Assembly (NCBI RefSeq): GCF_018350175.1
Contig: NC_058368.1
Coordinates: 205,284,001 to 205,348,000 of the forward strand
Source of the DNA: Felis catus
Lineage: Eukaryota
Length of the DNA: 64,000 nucleotides
Reading direction: 5' to 3'
Part shown: piece after piece, positions 26,466-39,960 of the stretch
Numbering within the stretch: position 1 is the first letter of the stretch
Layout: each line of letters opens with the position of its first letter
The notes under the pieces: model-generated
Told to the model about the DNA's origin: nothing
Databases searched by the model: none
Seen by the model: the letters and a program-made list of their open reading frames with translations, nothing else
Made by a program: the position numbers and the translations under genes

Positions 26466-27004
26466 CTAGAGTTAACACTTGAGTAAAAGACTGAAATTCA
26501 AAAAGTTCATACAAACATCCCAAACACAATTCTGAGAATCATTCCACTGAAGCACCTCATGAGTTTGATACATGAATATAAATGGTAGCATCACATTTTG
26601 TTCCCTGGACCTAAGCTCATTAAAGCTCAATTTTATTTCAGAATGGAAGAAAATGAATAGAAGGCTACATTTGTCCTTAAATAACTCAAGTAAAGTATCT
26701 TAAAATGATTCAGTCCTTCCTTGTTTTCATATCTTCCTTTCCCTCTCTTCCCCCCCACATACATCCCCCAAATGAAAGCAATGTTACAGTCAATAGCTTT
26801 TTTTTGTTCTTAGTCAAAAATATAGTAAACTTTGCTTTGGGTGGTTATGCCAAACAATGGAGCCAAGAAGTAAGAGAAATAGACATAGGACTAGAAAGTC
26901 ATCTCAAATTAAATTAGGGTGTTTTAACAACCTAAACATGCTCTAAAATCCTCTCCAAACTATCTTAAGGATTGGGGACTGCTCTCATCCCACCGTAAGC
27001 AGCC

Positions 27005-27200
27005 AACTTTGACAAGTCATGATCTCACAGTTTGTGGATTCAAGTCCTGGGGGCCCGGGGCTCTGTGCTGACTGGTTGGAGCCTGGAGCTTGCTTTAGAT
27101 TCTGTGTCTCCCTCTCTCTCTGTCCCTCCCCCGCTTACTCTCGCTCTCAAAAATAAACATTAAAAAATAATTATAATAAAAAATAATTATAATAAAAATA
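27005..27200 (+). mobile_element. Diverged/partial Can-SINE
   Basis: gtcatgatctcacagtt...gagcctggagc...gattctgtgtctccctctctc, A-rich tail. Confidence 0.8.
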
Positions 27201-27479
27201 AAAGCTCCCACTTTGTGTCTGGATAACATTATCAGATTTTTATTTTCAAATTGTTTCTTCCATTTCCCAAGTAAAATACAAAAACACAAAAACATAATAT
27301 CACAACAACACTGAGAACAAAATTGATGAACAACTTATTCTTAGAATCTATTGCAAGTCCCATGGATAAGTCTGAGAATCACAATGGATGGCAATCTCAA
27401 TATTTTCTAATTTTTTTTATTTAGTACCTCTCTCCTGCTAGGTTATATTAGGAAAATAACATATTAAATTATATTAACA

Positions 27480-28950
27480 ATGATAGAGAGAAGGGAAAGA
27501 AAGTGAGTTAAGTTATGGGATTTACGTCATGGGAACTCAAATAACAACATGCAATTATGGAATCAGACAATTAGATACAAAATAAATATTTTTAATTTAA
27601 ATATAATACTAGTGAAATTTTAAAATAGGACATTTACCATCACAAATACTGGGGAAACACATGACATATTTAAAAAGGCATAAAAGAGAAATGCCAAGGA
27701 ATTAATAAAAGAATCAGAAAACGCAACAGAACAGATATACCTATTGCAACAGTAAATCTAAATAGCTTAAATTCAGCACTGTAAAATTATTTTAAAGAAT
27801 ATTAAACAAAATGGCACAAATAAGCTAAAAAGAAAAGTGATAGGTCAAGATATATATAATAAGGTAAATACAAGGAAAGACAGGTAATGATAGTAAAATT
27901 GAACAAAGGAAAACTCAAGTAAATACATTATAAATATAAATAAAAATAAATAAATAAATTGATAAATATTTCAATTCATAATAAAGTTATGTCTATTATT
28001 AAGAATGTCCCTGTAATGGACAATTTTCTCATATAATAACAAATATAAAAACTATAATACACTTTAATGTTTATTTAGTTTTGAGAGAGAGAGAGACAGA
28101 GTGTGAGCAGGAGAGGGGCCAAGAGAGAGGGAGACACAGAATTTGATGCAGATTCCAGACTCTGAGCTGTCAGCACAGAGCCCGGGGACTCAAACTTACA
28201 AACTGTGAGATCATGACCTGAGTTGAAGTCAGATGCTTAACCCACTAAGTCACCCGGGCTCCCCAAAACTACAATACACTTTAAAAATCGACACAGATGG
28301 TAGCATTAGAAGTCTCTAATATACCCTCCTTTGAATTTCAGCAAATGTAGCAGGCAAAAACCGAGCTACTAAGGATGTTAATTATATATTGATTTAGATT
28401 ATTTTACGTTTTATAGATAATACAGAGTATATTGTATATTGCAAATATTATGCTTTTAAAATAAAATACATAATTGCAAAATCAATATATTTAACTACAT
28501 GAAATATCAAAAACAAAATTAGTAGAAAAATTAGAATAATGTCTAACATAAATAATACAGAAAGGGAATTAATTTTGTCAAAAATATAAATTATTATGAA
28601 AAACACTAGCAATCCAATAGAAAATTGAGCAAAGGACTATTACTCAGAGAATATAATTTTTTAATATAAATAAATTTTAAGTTTGCTATTCATCAAAGAC
28701 ATATAAATTAAATTAGCAGTGAAACTTGGGGATGCCTACTGAATAAGTCCAATTTTTAATTACTAAGCCAAGTAAGAATGTCATAGACTGAGCCATCTTT
28801 TATATTGCTTATTTCTGGGAATAAGTAAAAAAACTTGAGACTTGATAATGTTCAACACTTCTTTTTTATCAGTAAAGCGTAGCCCTGTGGAAATTATACT
28901 AAGTAAAAAAATGTAAGCACAGAAATGTTCATTGCAATATTATTTATGAA
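27480..28950 (+). mobile_element. Highly degraded old L1 (L1M-type) fragments
   Basis: A-rich sequence with remnants such as gtaaatctaaatagcttaaattc and aatccaatagaaaattgagcaaagg. Confidence 0.5.
28067..28264 (-). mobile_element. Can-SINE
   Basis: Reverse SINE; TSD aaaacta(t/c)aatacacttta. Confidence 0.9.
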
Positions 28951-28967
28951 AACAAAAATATCTAAAA

Positions 28968-29505
28968 CAAATTCATGATCTCTTATCTGAAACCCTTAGA
29001 GAGGAATTTTTGGGGGATTCATCATTTTTTTTGACTTCATAATGCATAGACTAAGCCCCTGCAGCTTTAGGGCAACACCCCATAATCTATCAATATTTAT
29101 TCCTGGAAATATCTCCCTTTAAATGGAATAAACACAGGGGCACCTGGGTGGCTAAGTCAGTTAAGCATCTGACTTTGGCTCAGGTCACAATCTCACGGTT
29201 CATGGGTTCGAGCCCCGTGTCGGGCTCTGTGCTGACAGCTCAGGACCTGGAGCCTGTTTTGGATTCTGTGTCTCCCTCCCTCTCTCTCTGACCCACCCCC
29301 ATTCATGCTCTGTCTCTGTCTCAAAAATAAATAAACATTAAAAAAAATTTTTTAATGGAATAAACGCAGATAGTCAATAGCCTCACATCAGTTTTGGTGA
29401 GTCTTGTCACCAAGTTAGATCTGAGCCCAGGTGCCCTCAGATGAATTCCAAAAACACTTTTATTTTCACAGCTGTTTGGATTTTGAAATTAGAGATAAAG
29501 GACTA
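28968..29505. mobile_element. MER46C-like (Tigger/Zombi family) DNA transposon, split by a SINE
   Basis: Inverted ends atctcttatctgaaaccctt ... ggattttgaaattagagataaagga; internal gggcaacaccccataatc and aatagcctcacatcagtt match recalled MER46C. Confidence 0.7.
29137..29350 (+). mobile_element. Can-SINE
   Basis: ggggcacctgggtggct head; TSD aatggaataaac(a/g)ca. Confidence 0.93.
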
Positions 29506-29736
29506 GAGATAAGGAATTTTAAAATTACAGAAAAGGGAACTCTACTGATGGAATATTTGAAGCATCATTACATTATGAAGCATCCGTATGGCAGAATACA
29601 ACTTAGCAAATAAAACTAGAGTCTAAACATTCTATAGGACAAGGAACGTGTCTTTTATATAGAATTGGTAGAAATGTTAGTGTTTGAAATTGTATATATA
29701 CAGTATAACTCCAAGTTTTAAAAGTATTTATGTGCA

Positions 29737-29948
29737 GGGGCACCTGGGTGGCTCAGTTGGTTAAGGGACTCTTGATTTTGGCTCAGGTCATGATCTCACA
29801 GTTGTTAGTTTTGAGCCCCACGTCAGGCTCTGCACTGACAGTGTGGGGTCTGCTTAGGATTCTCTCTCTCCCTCTCTCTCTCTGCCCCTACCCCACTTGC
29901 GCACACATGCTCCCTCTCTCTCTCAAAATAAATAAACCTAAAAAAAAT
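29737..29948 (+). mobile_element. Can-SINE
   Basis: ggggcacctgggtggctcagttgg head; TSD ttat(g/a)tgca. Confidence 0.92.
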
Positions 29949-30093
29949 TATATGCATAAGGCGATGCAGATAAAATACCATTAATGTTAACAGTAGTTCT
30001 CTCTCAGTGTTAGAGTAATGGTTGATTTTTCTGTTTTATTTACAAGTGTTATCTGTATTTTCCAATTTTTTAGATAATGAGTATGCATTCCTC

Positions 30094-30316
30094 TTAGTTT
30101 AGTTTAGTTTAGTTTAGTTATTTATTTTGAAAGAGAGAGAGCACAGGTACATGAGTGCAGGGAGAGGCAGAGAGAGAGGGAGAAAGAGAATCCCAAGCTG
30201 ACTCTGCACCACCAGCACAGAGCCAGTGTGGGGCTTGATCTCATGAATTGTGAGATCATGACCTGAGCTGAAATCAAGAATTGAATGCCTAACCAACTGA
30301 GCCATCCAGGAACCCC
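30094..30316 (-). mobile_element. Can-SINE with (TTTAG)n tail
   Basis: Reverse SINE ending gagccatccaggaacccc. Confidence 0.9.
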
Positions 30317-30664
30317 AAATTTCTTTTATCTTAGAAAAAATACATGGCTTAAAAGAAACAAGACAATGTGGAAGTAGCTATAATGTAACTTAAAATCATT
30401 CTTGTGGGTTTAAGGTACTTTTATTAGGATAAATCTAAGCAGGTATTCTTTAATTCATAGTATGAATGAAAGTATACATGAAAGTATACATTTAGGGGGA
30501 AAAAACCCAAATCTGAATTTCTTGGCTGTCAAGATAATTGATAGCAATAGTAGTTAACTAAGGAATGCTTTGGAATCACTATTCCTAAGAAAATCTAAAT
30601 GATTTACAACTCCTGCCTTCATGCTTTATTTATCATAATGATGTGTTTTATGTTTCAATTTCTC

Positions 30665-30775
30665 CTTTTTTTTTAATTTATTTTTAGTAACCTCTACACC
30701 CCATGTGGGCCTTGAACTCACGACTCCAAGACCAAGAGTCACATGCTCTTCGGACTGAGCCAGCCAGGCGCCTCC
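30665..30775 (-). mobile_element. Short tRNA-derived SINE
   Basis: gggccttgaactcacgactccaagaccaagagtcacatgctcttcggactgagccagccaggcgcc; TSD atttctccttt. Confidence 0.8.
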
Positions 30776-31882
30776 CCCATTTCTCCTTTAGAAGAATGTT
30801 GATAAAATAGTGATGGCATGGCATAGGGAGATTAAAAGAAAGGGAGTAAGCAATAAGAAATTAGCCTCAAGATTCTTTCAATCCTTTTTTACTGCTTTCA
30901 TCCTAGAATATGGAAAAATGATAGCACAAGAAATTATTAGCCTCAGTAAAGTCCACAATTTTTTTGTTTGCTCAGTAAAGTCCACAATTACTCAAAATAT
31001 TATCCTGAATATATATTGTAGTCTCCTTATGACCCTTCCTGGTCTCTCAGCATTTGAGTTCTCAGTCAAAAGTCTTGAGCACTAGCTTCTGTAATTTTTC
31101 TATTCAACACATAACCCCCACCCAAATCTTTATTTTAGCATTCCCATGAGCGGTTCAGGCTCTCTGTTCTATAAAGAGACACTGGAATTGAAATACTCTT
31201 AAGACTGTTTCACAACAGACTCTCCCAGAAGGTTCCAAATGTTCAGTATTTGTTCCATTTCCCCTGCCCTGTTGTAAATAACAACTTAGGATGTCATCTT
31301 ATTAGGCCACAGTCATCACTTGACTCACCCAGGGAGAGTTAGTAGCTGGCTATGAGTGAGCACCAAGGCAGCTATTTTTAGATCTTTAAAACACAGACCT
31401 TCTAGCTAACCTATATCAATCCAATGAGTCATGTTCTCTTGGTAAGAAATGCAAAAGCTGTTCTTTAACCCTCCCAGATCCTTTCCCCAAATTAAATTTG
31501 CTCTAAGCCCCAAGGTTAGGGCAGTTGACTCCTGGCTAGCTGTCATAAACAACTTTTAATTGCAAAATGCCTTGATGCATCTCCTTGTTTTGTTTTGAGT
31601 TTAGATTGATTTGGGTACAGTTGATACAGATTGGTATATGGGAGCCTCTGGATATGTTTTTGAAAGTAGAAAGAAATCCTCTGAGGGGGATATAATAATT
31701 TTTAATGAAACTGAAGTCTTGAGCAATAAGAGAATATAAATTTGCAAAAGGGTGAAACCTTGTAGCTGCAGATTCCTTGGACATTGGAAAGCCTTAGAAT
31801 TAAAGTACCAGGTCCTAGAAAAATCAATAGTAACCAAAAACCAAAGACAGGTCTTAACAAGAAAAGAGAACCTAATCGGATA

Positions 31883-32095
31883 AGTAGTGCATACTGGAGC
31901 AGGCTTGTACTGACTCAATGCAATGACTGTGCTCATTTTTTTTCTTATCTCCACATTCAGTGAAGTCACAGTGGTTGCTTGAAATTGGCCATGGTTGGAG
32001 TGGTTAGGCCACAGAAACCATCAAACACTACAAAGCAGGGCTTTTTTTTTTCTTTCTGTCCTGCGAGGCAGTCGTTAAGCATTTGTTAGACACAG
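31883..32095. mobile_element. MER63-like hAT DNA transposon
   Basis: ctggagcaggcttgtactgactc ... ttcagtgaagtcacagtggttgcttgaaattggccatgg ... cactacaaagcagggctt matches recalled MER63. Confidence 0.65.
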
Positions 32096-32139
32096 ACTAA
32101 AGTATATAGTTTTCAGAACTTTTAATAATGTAATTAGTA

Positions 32140-33150
32140 ATAGGTGTGATTGTATACTCTTTCAAAGTCAGTACCATATAATGAAAAGCACATGAAGCAG
32201 AATATTATTTGAAGGCAGTCTCTGATTAATTGAAGATATATCCTAGGGCAACTACTAAAGAAATTTAAGTATAAATATATCAGCCAATAGTGAAGATAAA
32301 CTAAATCATAAGAAAAATGTTCAATTAACCAAAGAGCAGTGAAAAAGGATAAAAGAAATGAGGAACAGATAAAACAAATAGAAAGTAAGATTATAGATTT
32401 TAATCTAACCTTATTAAAAATGATAAATTGTGAATGTTCTAAACACATAATTAAAAACAGAGATTGTTAAACTGGACTTTTTTTTAAGTATACACTATGT
32501 GTAAGAAACCCCCTTAATATAAAAGCACAGATAGATTAAAAGTAAAATGATGAGAAAAGATATACCATGCAAAAACGAAGAAAAGAAAGCTGGAGTAGCT
32601 ATCCTATCACACAAAGTTACTTCAGAACAAAGATTATTACCAATATTTAAAAGAAAAATCAGAGAATAATAAATGGGTCAATTCTCCAAGAAGAGCTAAC
32701 AATTCTATGTACACTCCTAACAACATAACCTCAAAATACATAAAACAAAAACTGAGAGCGCTGAAAGGAGAAATAGATAAATCCACAATTACAGTCTGAG
32801 ACTTCAACACTCCTCTCAGTAACTGCTAAGACAAATAGACAGGAAATCAGTAGAGACACAGGAAACATAAGCAACACTATCAACGAATCTGTTAATATAA
32901 TGTCATATTATTTACATTTATAAGATACTCCATCCAACATCTGAGTAAGCATTTCTTTCAAGTGTATGTGGAATCTTCAACAAGATAGACCATACTGAGG
33001 CCCTTAAAATAAACTTCACCAAATTTAAAAGAATAGAAATCATACAAAGTATGTCTTTTGACCATAACAGAATTTAACTAGAAATTAATAAGGGATAGAT
33101 CTGAAAATTCTCCAATACAGTATTTGGAAATTAAAGCTGCAATTAATATA
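32140..33150 (+). mobile_element. Old L1 ORF2 endonuclease-region fragment
   Basis: aaagctggagtagctat, gagacttcaacactcctctcag, caagatagaccatact. Confidence 0.75.
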
Positions 33151-33679
33151 TCATATGTCATCACTGCAACTGAGTTAAATTCATTTTTTAAATATGTGAT
33201 TTCTAAAAAATATGATGACCCCCTACAGTACAATGAATTACTATTGGCATACGCAGTCTTGTTGTTTTATAGGACTAAAAATACACCACTTCTCAAAATG
33301 ATTCTTGGCAGAGTTACCTCAATTTGAAATGACATTCAAGAACTTTTCCAACACCGTCTCCCACATACCTATGTCCATTGACAACGTACTAGTAATCCTT
33401 TTGGACAAGCTCAAACAGCCCTGAGCAGTCTTCCATGACAATTGTCTTTGCATGCCCACTCCCCATCATCCCCTGAAACTAGACTTTCCTTCCCTCATGT
33501 TCCCACAACACTCCGCACATACCTCCTGTAACACATCTGGTGTCCTCTGTCTGGTTAAGTCCAGCTGTTCCTCAACTTTCAGTCCAGATTCAGTGAAAGC
33601 ATTCCGTGACTCTTCTCCCCTACTCACCTTCACTGGGTTAGATACACCTCTTATACAAACCCCAAAACACAATGATTAG

Positions 33680-33898
33680 CATAAGATTTCTCAACAGTAG
33701 CAATATTGACATTTTTATCCTAATAACTCTTTGTTGTGCAGGGCTGTCCTGTGCATTGTAGGATGTTAGGAGTATCCTGGACCTCTACCTGGTAGCTACC
33801 AGTGGCACACACACCCCAATCATGACAATCAAAAATATCTCCAGGCATGGCCAAGTGTCCTCTGGGGAGCAAAATACTCCCCATTTGAGAAACCACTG
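33680..33898. mobile_element. MER20 hAT DNA transposon
   Basis: ttctcaac...gggctgtcctgtgcattgtaggatgtt...gacaatcaaaaatatctccagg...ttgagaaaccactg. Confidence 0.85.
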
Positions 33899-36254
33899 AG
33901 TCAGTGCTACTAATCATACTGATTGTGATTAGTCTGTTTTTCTGTTTATTAGTCTATCTTGGACCATTGGTAACTCACGGGAAGAAAGTGTATTTTCTTT
34001 CTGAAGCCCAGTATCTAGCACAGAGACTAGCATCTAAATACTTATAAATATTTGCTGAAGAAAATGAATGAAATTATATTGCTTTGGAAATTATTTTGTT
34101 TACAGATCTATATAGCACCTGTCTTTTTCCTCTCCCTTCTGGATTGGGATTTCCTTGAGGACAAAGAGCCTTATTTAGTCACTTTCATATTCCCTGATTC
34201 ATGCATCAGTACTGTCTAATCCTTGTTTTATAATTAAATCAATCAACAGAAGAATTTCTCATGTAAATAAAGATGCAATAAAACTGACAGATTATAACCC
34301 ATGCTTCCAAGAGATAGTAGGAGAAAGAAAAGGTTTGTGTTTTTAAAAATACATACATGTATGTGCATATATATATGTGTATATATATATATTTATATTT
34401 ATATTTATATAATACAATTAAGTAAATGGGAGCATAAAAATTATTCATAATTATAGTGATCTGCACATAAACTCTTCATAATTTATTTCAATCAATTTAT
34501 GTTTGCTTTAATAAACTATAATAGCAATGAAAATGATGGAACAAAAACTATAAATGCTGGAAGAATAGAGTAAGACATGTTGTACCTATTTTAAGATCCA
34601 TATTAAATGCACATAATCAAGGGAGAAGAAGAGGACACTAGATGATTTATGACCCTATGGAGTGGTCTTTTTAATAATAATCAAAGTGATCACTACTTCA
34701 GGAAGATTATCTAGCATATAAGATGCTAGTCATGCATACGATTATTATTAGGCAGAAACTTGTCTCTATACCTTCATTTTTACCAGGAGACATACTAGAT
34801 TGAATAACTTTTTATTATCTAGTTTGCGTTTTTTAAAAATTATTACAAAAGCAGCATATATGCATTGTAGAAAATTAGAAAAAAATTATGAAATCAATCC
34901 TTCCTCACCAGAGACCACCACTACTAATTACCTTAATTCTGTATTTCCAGGTCTTTACAACACACACACACACACACACACACACTCCTTTGCAGTTTCA
35001 CCTCAACATAAAATCATACTGCATATGTTTTTCCTCAACCTACTTTTTGCAGTAAATGACCTCTACTTTTCTTTCAGTACATTTTATCTCCTCTGATATT
35101 GAGACTATTTTCAAAAGTCCCCATTTGATCCCAAAATATCACATATAGGTGGTCTGTCCATTCAAATATCAAATGTAGAGTCAGTTGTATCTGGTTTTTA
35201 TGTCCATTGGTTTCTCATAATCAACCACAATGTCTTTTTCACTATAGTAACTTTTTAAAGAATCCAGCCTAATTTATCTCCTACAGAACGTCATTAATTT
35301 TTCTGGTTTCTTTGCTATGCTCTCTTTTAACTTGTTTGTCTATATCCGACATTTCTTGTAAATTGCACATTCTATATGAGGCATAATAAATCCAACTTAA
35401 ATATTGTTTCCTAGAATAATTAATAGGCAATGGTAACTTCATGTGACATTATATCAAAAGGCACATATTATTTTATGAAGAAACAATAGTAATGCTGCAG
35501 GTGATTGATTCTTATACCAAGTTATTTTTCCTCTCCACTGAACAGATAAGGTTTCCCCTTGCTATTAAAAAAGTCATGTGTGAGACTTTCTTTTAGCAAT
35601 TAACTAAGTTTCCCATCAACCATTTACTTAATGATTTTTGACAGCAATTAATAATACTTCCCTTAATCTATAATATCATTTGGGTCTGTGAAATTATTTT
35701 TTTCCAATTCTATATTCCCTTCTATGTTTTATAACAAGCATTTTCTGTAAAACAGTCCATTTCCTCAAAAATTGGGATACTTGGTTACCCTCTCAGTGAG
35801 GATGTAAGCAACAGAATTCCAACAGACACCTGGTAAGAATATTTGTACCATACTTTTGCAATACAACTTGGTATTATCTAACCAAGTTGAAGATACATAC
35901 GATCTATGACCCAGAATTTCCATTTTAGGTATAGCATTTCCCACTTTAGGTATTCTCCACTTAAAATCAGAAACCTATTTCTATAAATTAGACTTTTAAA
36001 ACAATGATAACTGAAAGTCTATTTATCAATATTTTAAATAAGAAAAATTATAACATTTTATATATTAACTCAAAACCTCAACCAATTTCCTAAAACATAA
36101 CTAATTCACAGTAAAATACATATATATATGTATATATGTATACATATATACATGACAAGCTGTCATGTTAATATGTAAAATGACTGAAATGTTCATTAAA
36201 TGATCAATATGGTTATTTCAAACAATTACTTTGTATACAGCAACAGCAACATGC

Positions 36255-36694
36255 TGTATTAGTCTGGGTTCTCTAGAGAAACCCAATTGATTGGAAATTT
36301 ATATATGATATGATTTACTGTAAGGAACTGGCTCACATGATTATGGAGACTGAGAAGTCCCAAGATCTGCCGTCCAGACCCAGGAATTTGCTGAAGACCC
36401 AGGAAGGAGCCAATGGTATAGTTCTAGTCCAAGTCCAAGTCTGAAGGCAGGAGAACACCAATGTTCCAGCTGGAAGATAGGCAAAGAAAACAAATATTCC
36501 TTTACTAAGCCTTTTTTCCTATTCAGACCATCAGTGAATTAGATGAAGCTCACCCATATTGCAGAGGGTGATCTGTTTAACTCACTCTATTTGAATGTTA
36601 ATCTTATCCTGAAACAGCTTCACAGAATAATGTTTAACCAAATATCTGGGCACCCCCATCCCAGTCAAGTTGACACATAAAATTAACCATCACA
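36255..36694 (-). mobile_element. MLT2-type (ERVL) solo LTR
   Basis: tgtattagtctgggttctctagagaaac ... aaattaaccatcaca; 5-bp TSD catgc (36250-36254 / 36695-36699). Confidence 0.85.
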
Positions 36695-36949
36695 CATGCC
36701 CTTTGTTGATTCTAACTGTTCCTTTCAAAACGTTAACACTTAACAATTCTACTTAGAATATAATTCAAGACTTCCCCTACAACCACCCCTCCCACACACA
36801 CAGAGCTTTCTTTAAAATGTAGTACTGCATTTGAACATGAATACAAATTTTTCATAAAAACATCAGCTGACAAGTGTTATTACAAAGACATTTATATTCT
36901 AAAGTTTGGATACCAAAATCCAAGAGGTTTTTCACCAGGGAAATATTAA

Positions 36950-38150
36950 AGAATGCCAGTACATACCCTAAAAGCTATAAACATAGGCCCCAGCATGCAT
37001 GTGTAGGAGGATTAGCAGCAGTCTTATTTACAGTAACCAAAAACTGCAAACAACCTGAATGTCTACTTACAGTAGGATGAATGAGTTGTGAAATGTTAAT
37101 ACAATGAAACAGTGTAGCACTAAGAAAATGACATAGCCAAATGCTATAGTATGGATGGCATTGCAAACACTATAGTAAACACAAGAAGTAGGATAAAAAG
37201 AATTCCAACAGGGCACTTGGCAGCAGCCACTGTGCAGATCGGACTCTGCTTGCTGGAAAGCATTGCTCTGCTTCCTTTGCAACCATGTCTGACAAACCCC
37301 ATATGGCTGAGATGGAGAAATTCGATTAAGTCAAAATTGAAGAAGGGAGAAAAACAAGAGAAAAATCCGCTGTCTTCAAAAGAAACAACTGAACAGGAGA
37401 AGCAAGCGGGCAAATCGTAATGAGAAGTGCGCCACCAATATGCACTGTACATTCCACAAGCGTTGCCTTCTTGTTTTACTTCTTTTAGTTCTTTAATAAT
37501 ATAAGGTGCAAAGAGGTTGGATCAGATTTAAATGACTGATGCCCCTTTCCTCATCAAAGAATCAGAACTACTGAGAAGGAACACTGAGGCTGCCTCCTCC
37601 ATCTGCACGTCTGGCTGGGCAGGGAAGGAAAAGAACTTGTATGTTGGTGAAGGAAGAAGCTAGGTGGGACAACAGTGAAATCTAGAATAAAAAACAAGTT
37701 GGTACAAGATGTCCTGTAAGCTGCAAATGCAATTTAATCAGAGTACCATTTCTGTGTTCAGATGATTTTAATTATTGGAATGCACAATTTTTAATATGCA
37801 AATGAAAAGTTTAAAATATGAAAAAAATTCCAATAGTATGATTCCACTCATATTAAGTTCAAAACAGGCAAAACCAGACCATTGTTTAAGAATGCCTATA
37901 TAGGTTGTAAAAGCATAAAAAAAAAAGGTAAGGTTATCGCAAAGCCAGAATAGTGGATACCTCCAGGCTGGAGGGATAGGATTATAATTAGAGAGGAAGC
38001 CAGGAACTAAGTGGGTGTGCTTGGATGCTGCCAACGTTCTTTTTTTGACTTGGCTTATACTAGTTTTTGTTTTCTTTCATTATTAATTAAACAGTACAAA
38101 TATATTTTATAAATTCTAATGTAAGTATATATATTTTATAATAAAAAAAA
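36950..38150 (+). mobile_element. Old L1M 3' end fragment hosting the TMSB4X retrocopy
   Basis: aaaaactgcaaacaacctgaatgtc ... tatgattccactcatattaagttcaaaacaggcaaaac. Confidence 0.65.
37212..37820 (+). pseudogene. TMSB4X: Thymosin beta-4 processed pseudogene
   Basis: Intronless 5'UTR, CDS 37285-37420 (MSDKPHMAEMEKFD/KSKLKKGEKQEKNPLSSKETTEQEKQAGKS*, +1 frameshift at gattaag) and 3'UTR; TSD aaaagaattccaacag / aaaaaaattccaatag. Confidence 0.95.
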
Positions 38151-38749
38151 GAAAAGAAAGGAAAGGAAAAAGTTAGGTTAGGCATTAATGTAGAAGATAC
38201 GATTACAGAATGTTGGTGAGGGCACCAACCTCTTCTTGCTATATCTGAGCATACAGAATTGAACTACAGGAGAGAAAAAGAAAGATAAAATAAGTCAGCA
38301 AAAAAAGCATTTGCAAAGGAGATTACACTTAATTTTAAGCTCAAAAATAATACATTTGTTGGTTGGAAATTGACATATGAAAAATCTTCCATATGAATAA
38401 AAAGCGTAAGAAAACAGTTTAGAACAAAAAAACTGAATGTCTTAATGGGGACATTAAGACACTCATAAACCCATAAGAAGTAAGAATGCTGTAAACATGG
38501 TTTTATGCAATAAATCCTGCAATTTTTAATACGTGCGGATGCAAAGTGAACTTCAAAAGAAGTCATTTTCAACAATTAAAAGAAATTGTATCTTACACAG
38601 AAGGCAGAACATTTGCAATAAGTCATTATTATTTTATGTCCTTAAATTTTACCATTTGACAGAAAAAAATCAAATAAATAAGCACCTAGTAAGAATATTC
38701 AGCCTCAAAAGAAAGTGTTCCAAAATTTCATAACTGTTTAAAATTCAAT

Positions 38750-38965
38750 AGATAAAATTCAATAACTGTCTCTGGCACATGAGGCAAAAGTTCAGAAGCA
38801 TTTCCCTAGCAATTTCTGATTTCACATAGAGTGCTGCCCTCTGCTGGGAACTTTGGCCACATCTGATCCCATAAATGAGTGCTTTTCTGTGGTATTTTTG
38901 CAAAAAAAATTTTGCAAAAATTTCCACTTTTGTTTACACGAATGAAATGTATCTATCTTCCTCTT
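38750..38965 (-). pseudogene. Candidate fossil exon
   Basis: Reads EEDRYISFV*TKVEIFAK...AALYVKSEIAREMLLNFCLMCQRQ; splice sites poor. Confidence 0.3.
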
Positions 38966-39157
38966 AAAACAAGTCATTTAAAATTAGTTGTAAACAAAGT
39001 GAAGATGTGCTATGACATGTTTTCAAGAAAACTAAAAAAAAACTTATTTTTCCATTTAGAAAGAAAACCATAAAATGGTAAGCTATATATTAACAATTGA
39101 ATATATTAACAATTGAATTGCATTATTAACAGTACAAGAAGAACAAAATTTGAAATT

Positions 39158-39347
39158 TTTTTTGAATTTATTTATTTATTTTGAAAGAGAGAGAGAATGC
39201 ACCTGAGTGGGGGGGGGGGGAGGGGGCAGAGAAAATCCCAAGAAAGCTCTGCACTATGAGCATGGAGCCCAACACAGGGCTTGAGACCATGACCTGAGTC
39301 AAAACCAAGAGTAGGACGCTTAACTGACTGAGCCACCCAGGTGCACC
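39158..39347 (-). mobile_element. Can-SINE
   Basis: Reverse SINE; TSD aaaatttgaaat. Confidence 0.88.
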
Positions 39348-39813
39348 TAAAATTTGAAATATTTTAAAGTATTTTTCAAGACTAGATATATGAGCAATAA
39401 AAATGAACTTAAAAATTATATGTTCTTCAATACTTGGTTTAAATTACTATTCTATAATTAAGCAGCCATCATTAGAAATAGTTTTCTTATTTCAGTTATG
39501 CTGTTATCACTCAAAAGCAGTTTTGAACTGCTTGTATAAAATTGCCTTCAAAGTTGTTTAAGAGACATATAAGAAAATCAGTCTATTTTATAATTACATT
39601 GTTTTCATGATAAAACATTACTAAATTTCATTGTCAGCATTATTTACAAACTTAATTTTGAATGCCATTTTTATTTTAGAGAAAATATGATTTTTGGAAC
39701 TAAAGATTTTCTACCATTAAGGATATTCAAAGGACTGTGATGAATGACTTCAAGAAAGTATGAAAGAAGAATTCCCAAAAAGTTTTTGTGAATTAGAATA
39801 ACTTTTTTCAAAA

Positions 39814-39820
39814 GTGTGTG

Positions 39821-39864
<44 letters not shown>

Positions 39865-39960
39865 CACACACACGCATATACATACATGTGTATAGGTGTG
39901 TGTATGTATATATATTCGTGTGTGTGTGTGTGTGTATGAGGAGAGAGAGAGAGAGAGAGA
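39814..39960. repeat. Compound (CA)/(TA)/(TG)/(GA) microsatellite
   Basis: Adjacent dinucleotide runs. Confidence 0.93.

Noticed and set aside
37151..37420. 89-aa ORF ending in thymosin sequence as a novel chimeric protein
   Set aside because: It starts in an old L1 fragment and enters the thymosin frame only through the +1 frameshift; no promoter or other support.
39715..39800. FWEFFFHTFLKSF / LFGNSSF as the RGSL1-like N-terminal exon
   Set aside because: No intact acceptor, ambiguous frame, and it lies downstream of other candidate exons; too speculative to list.
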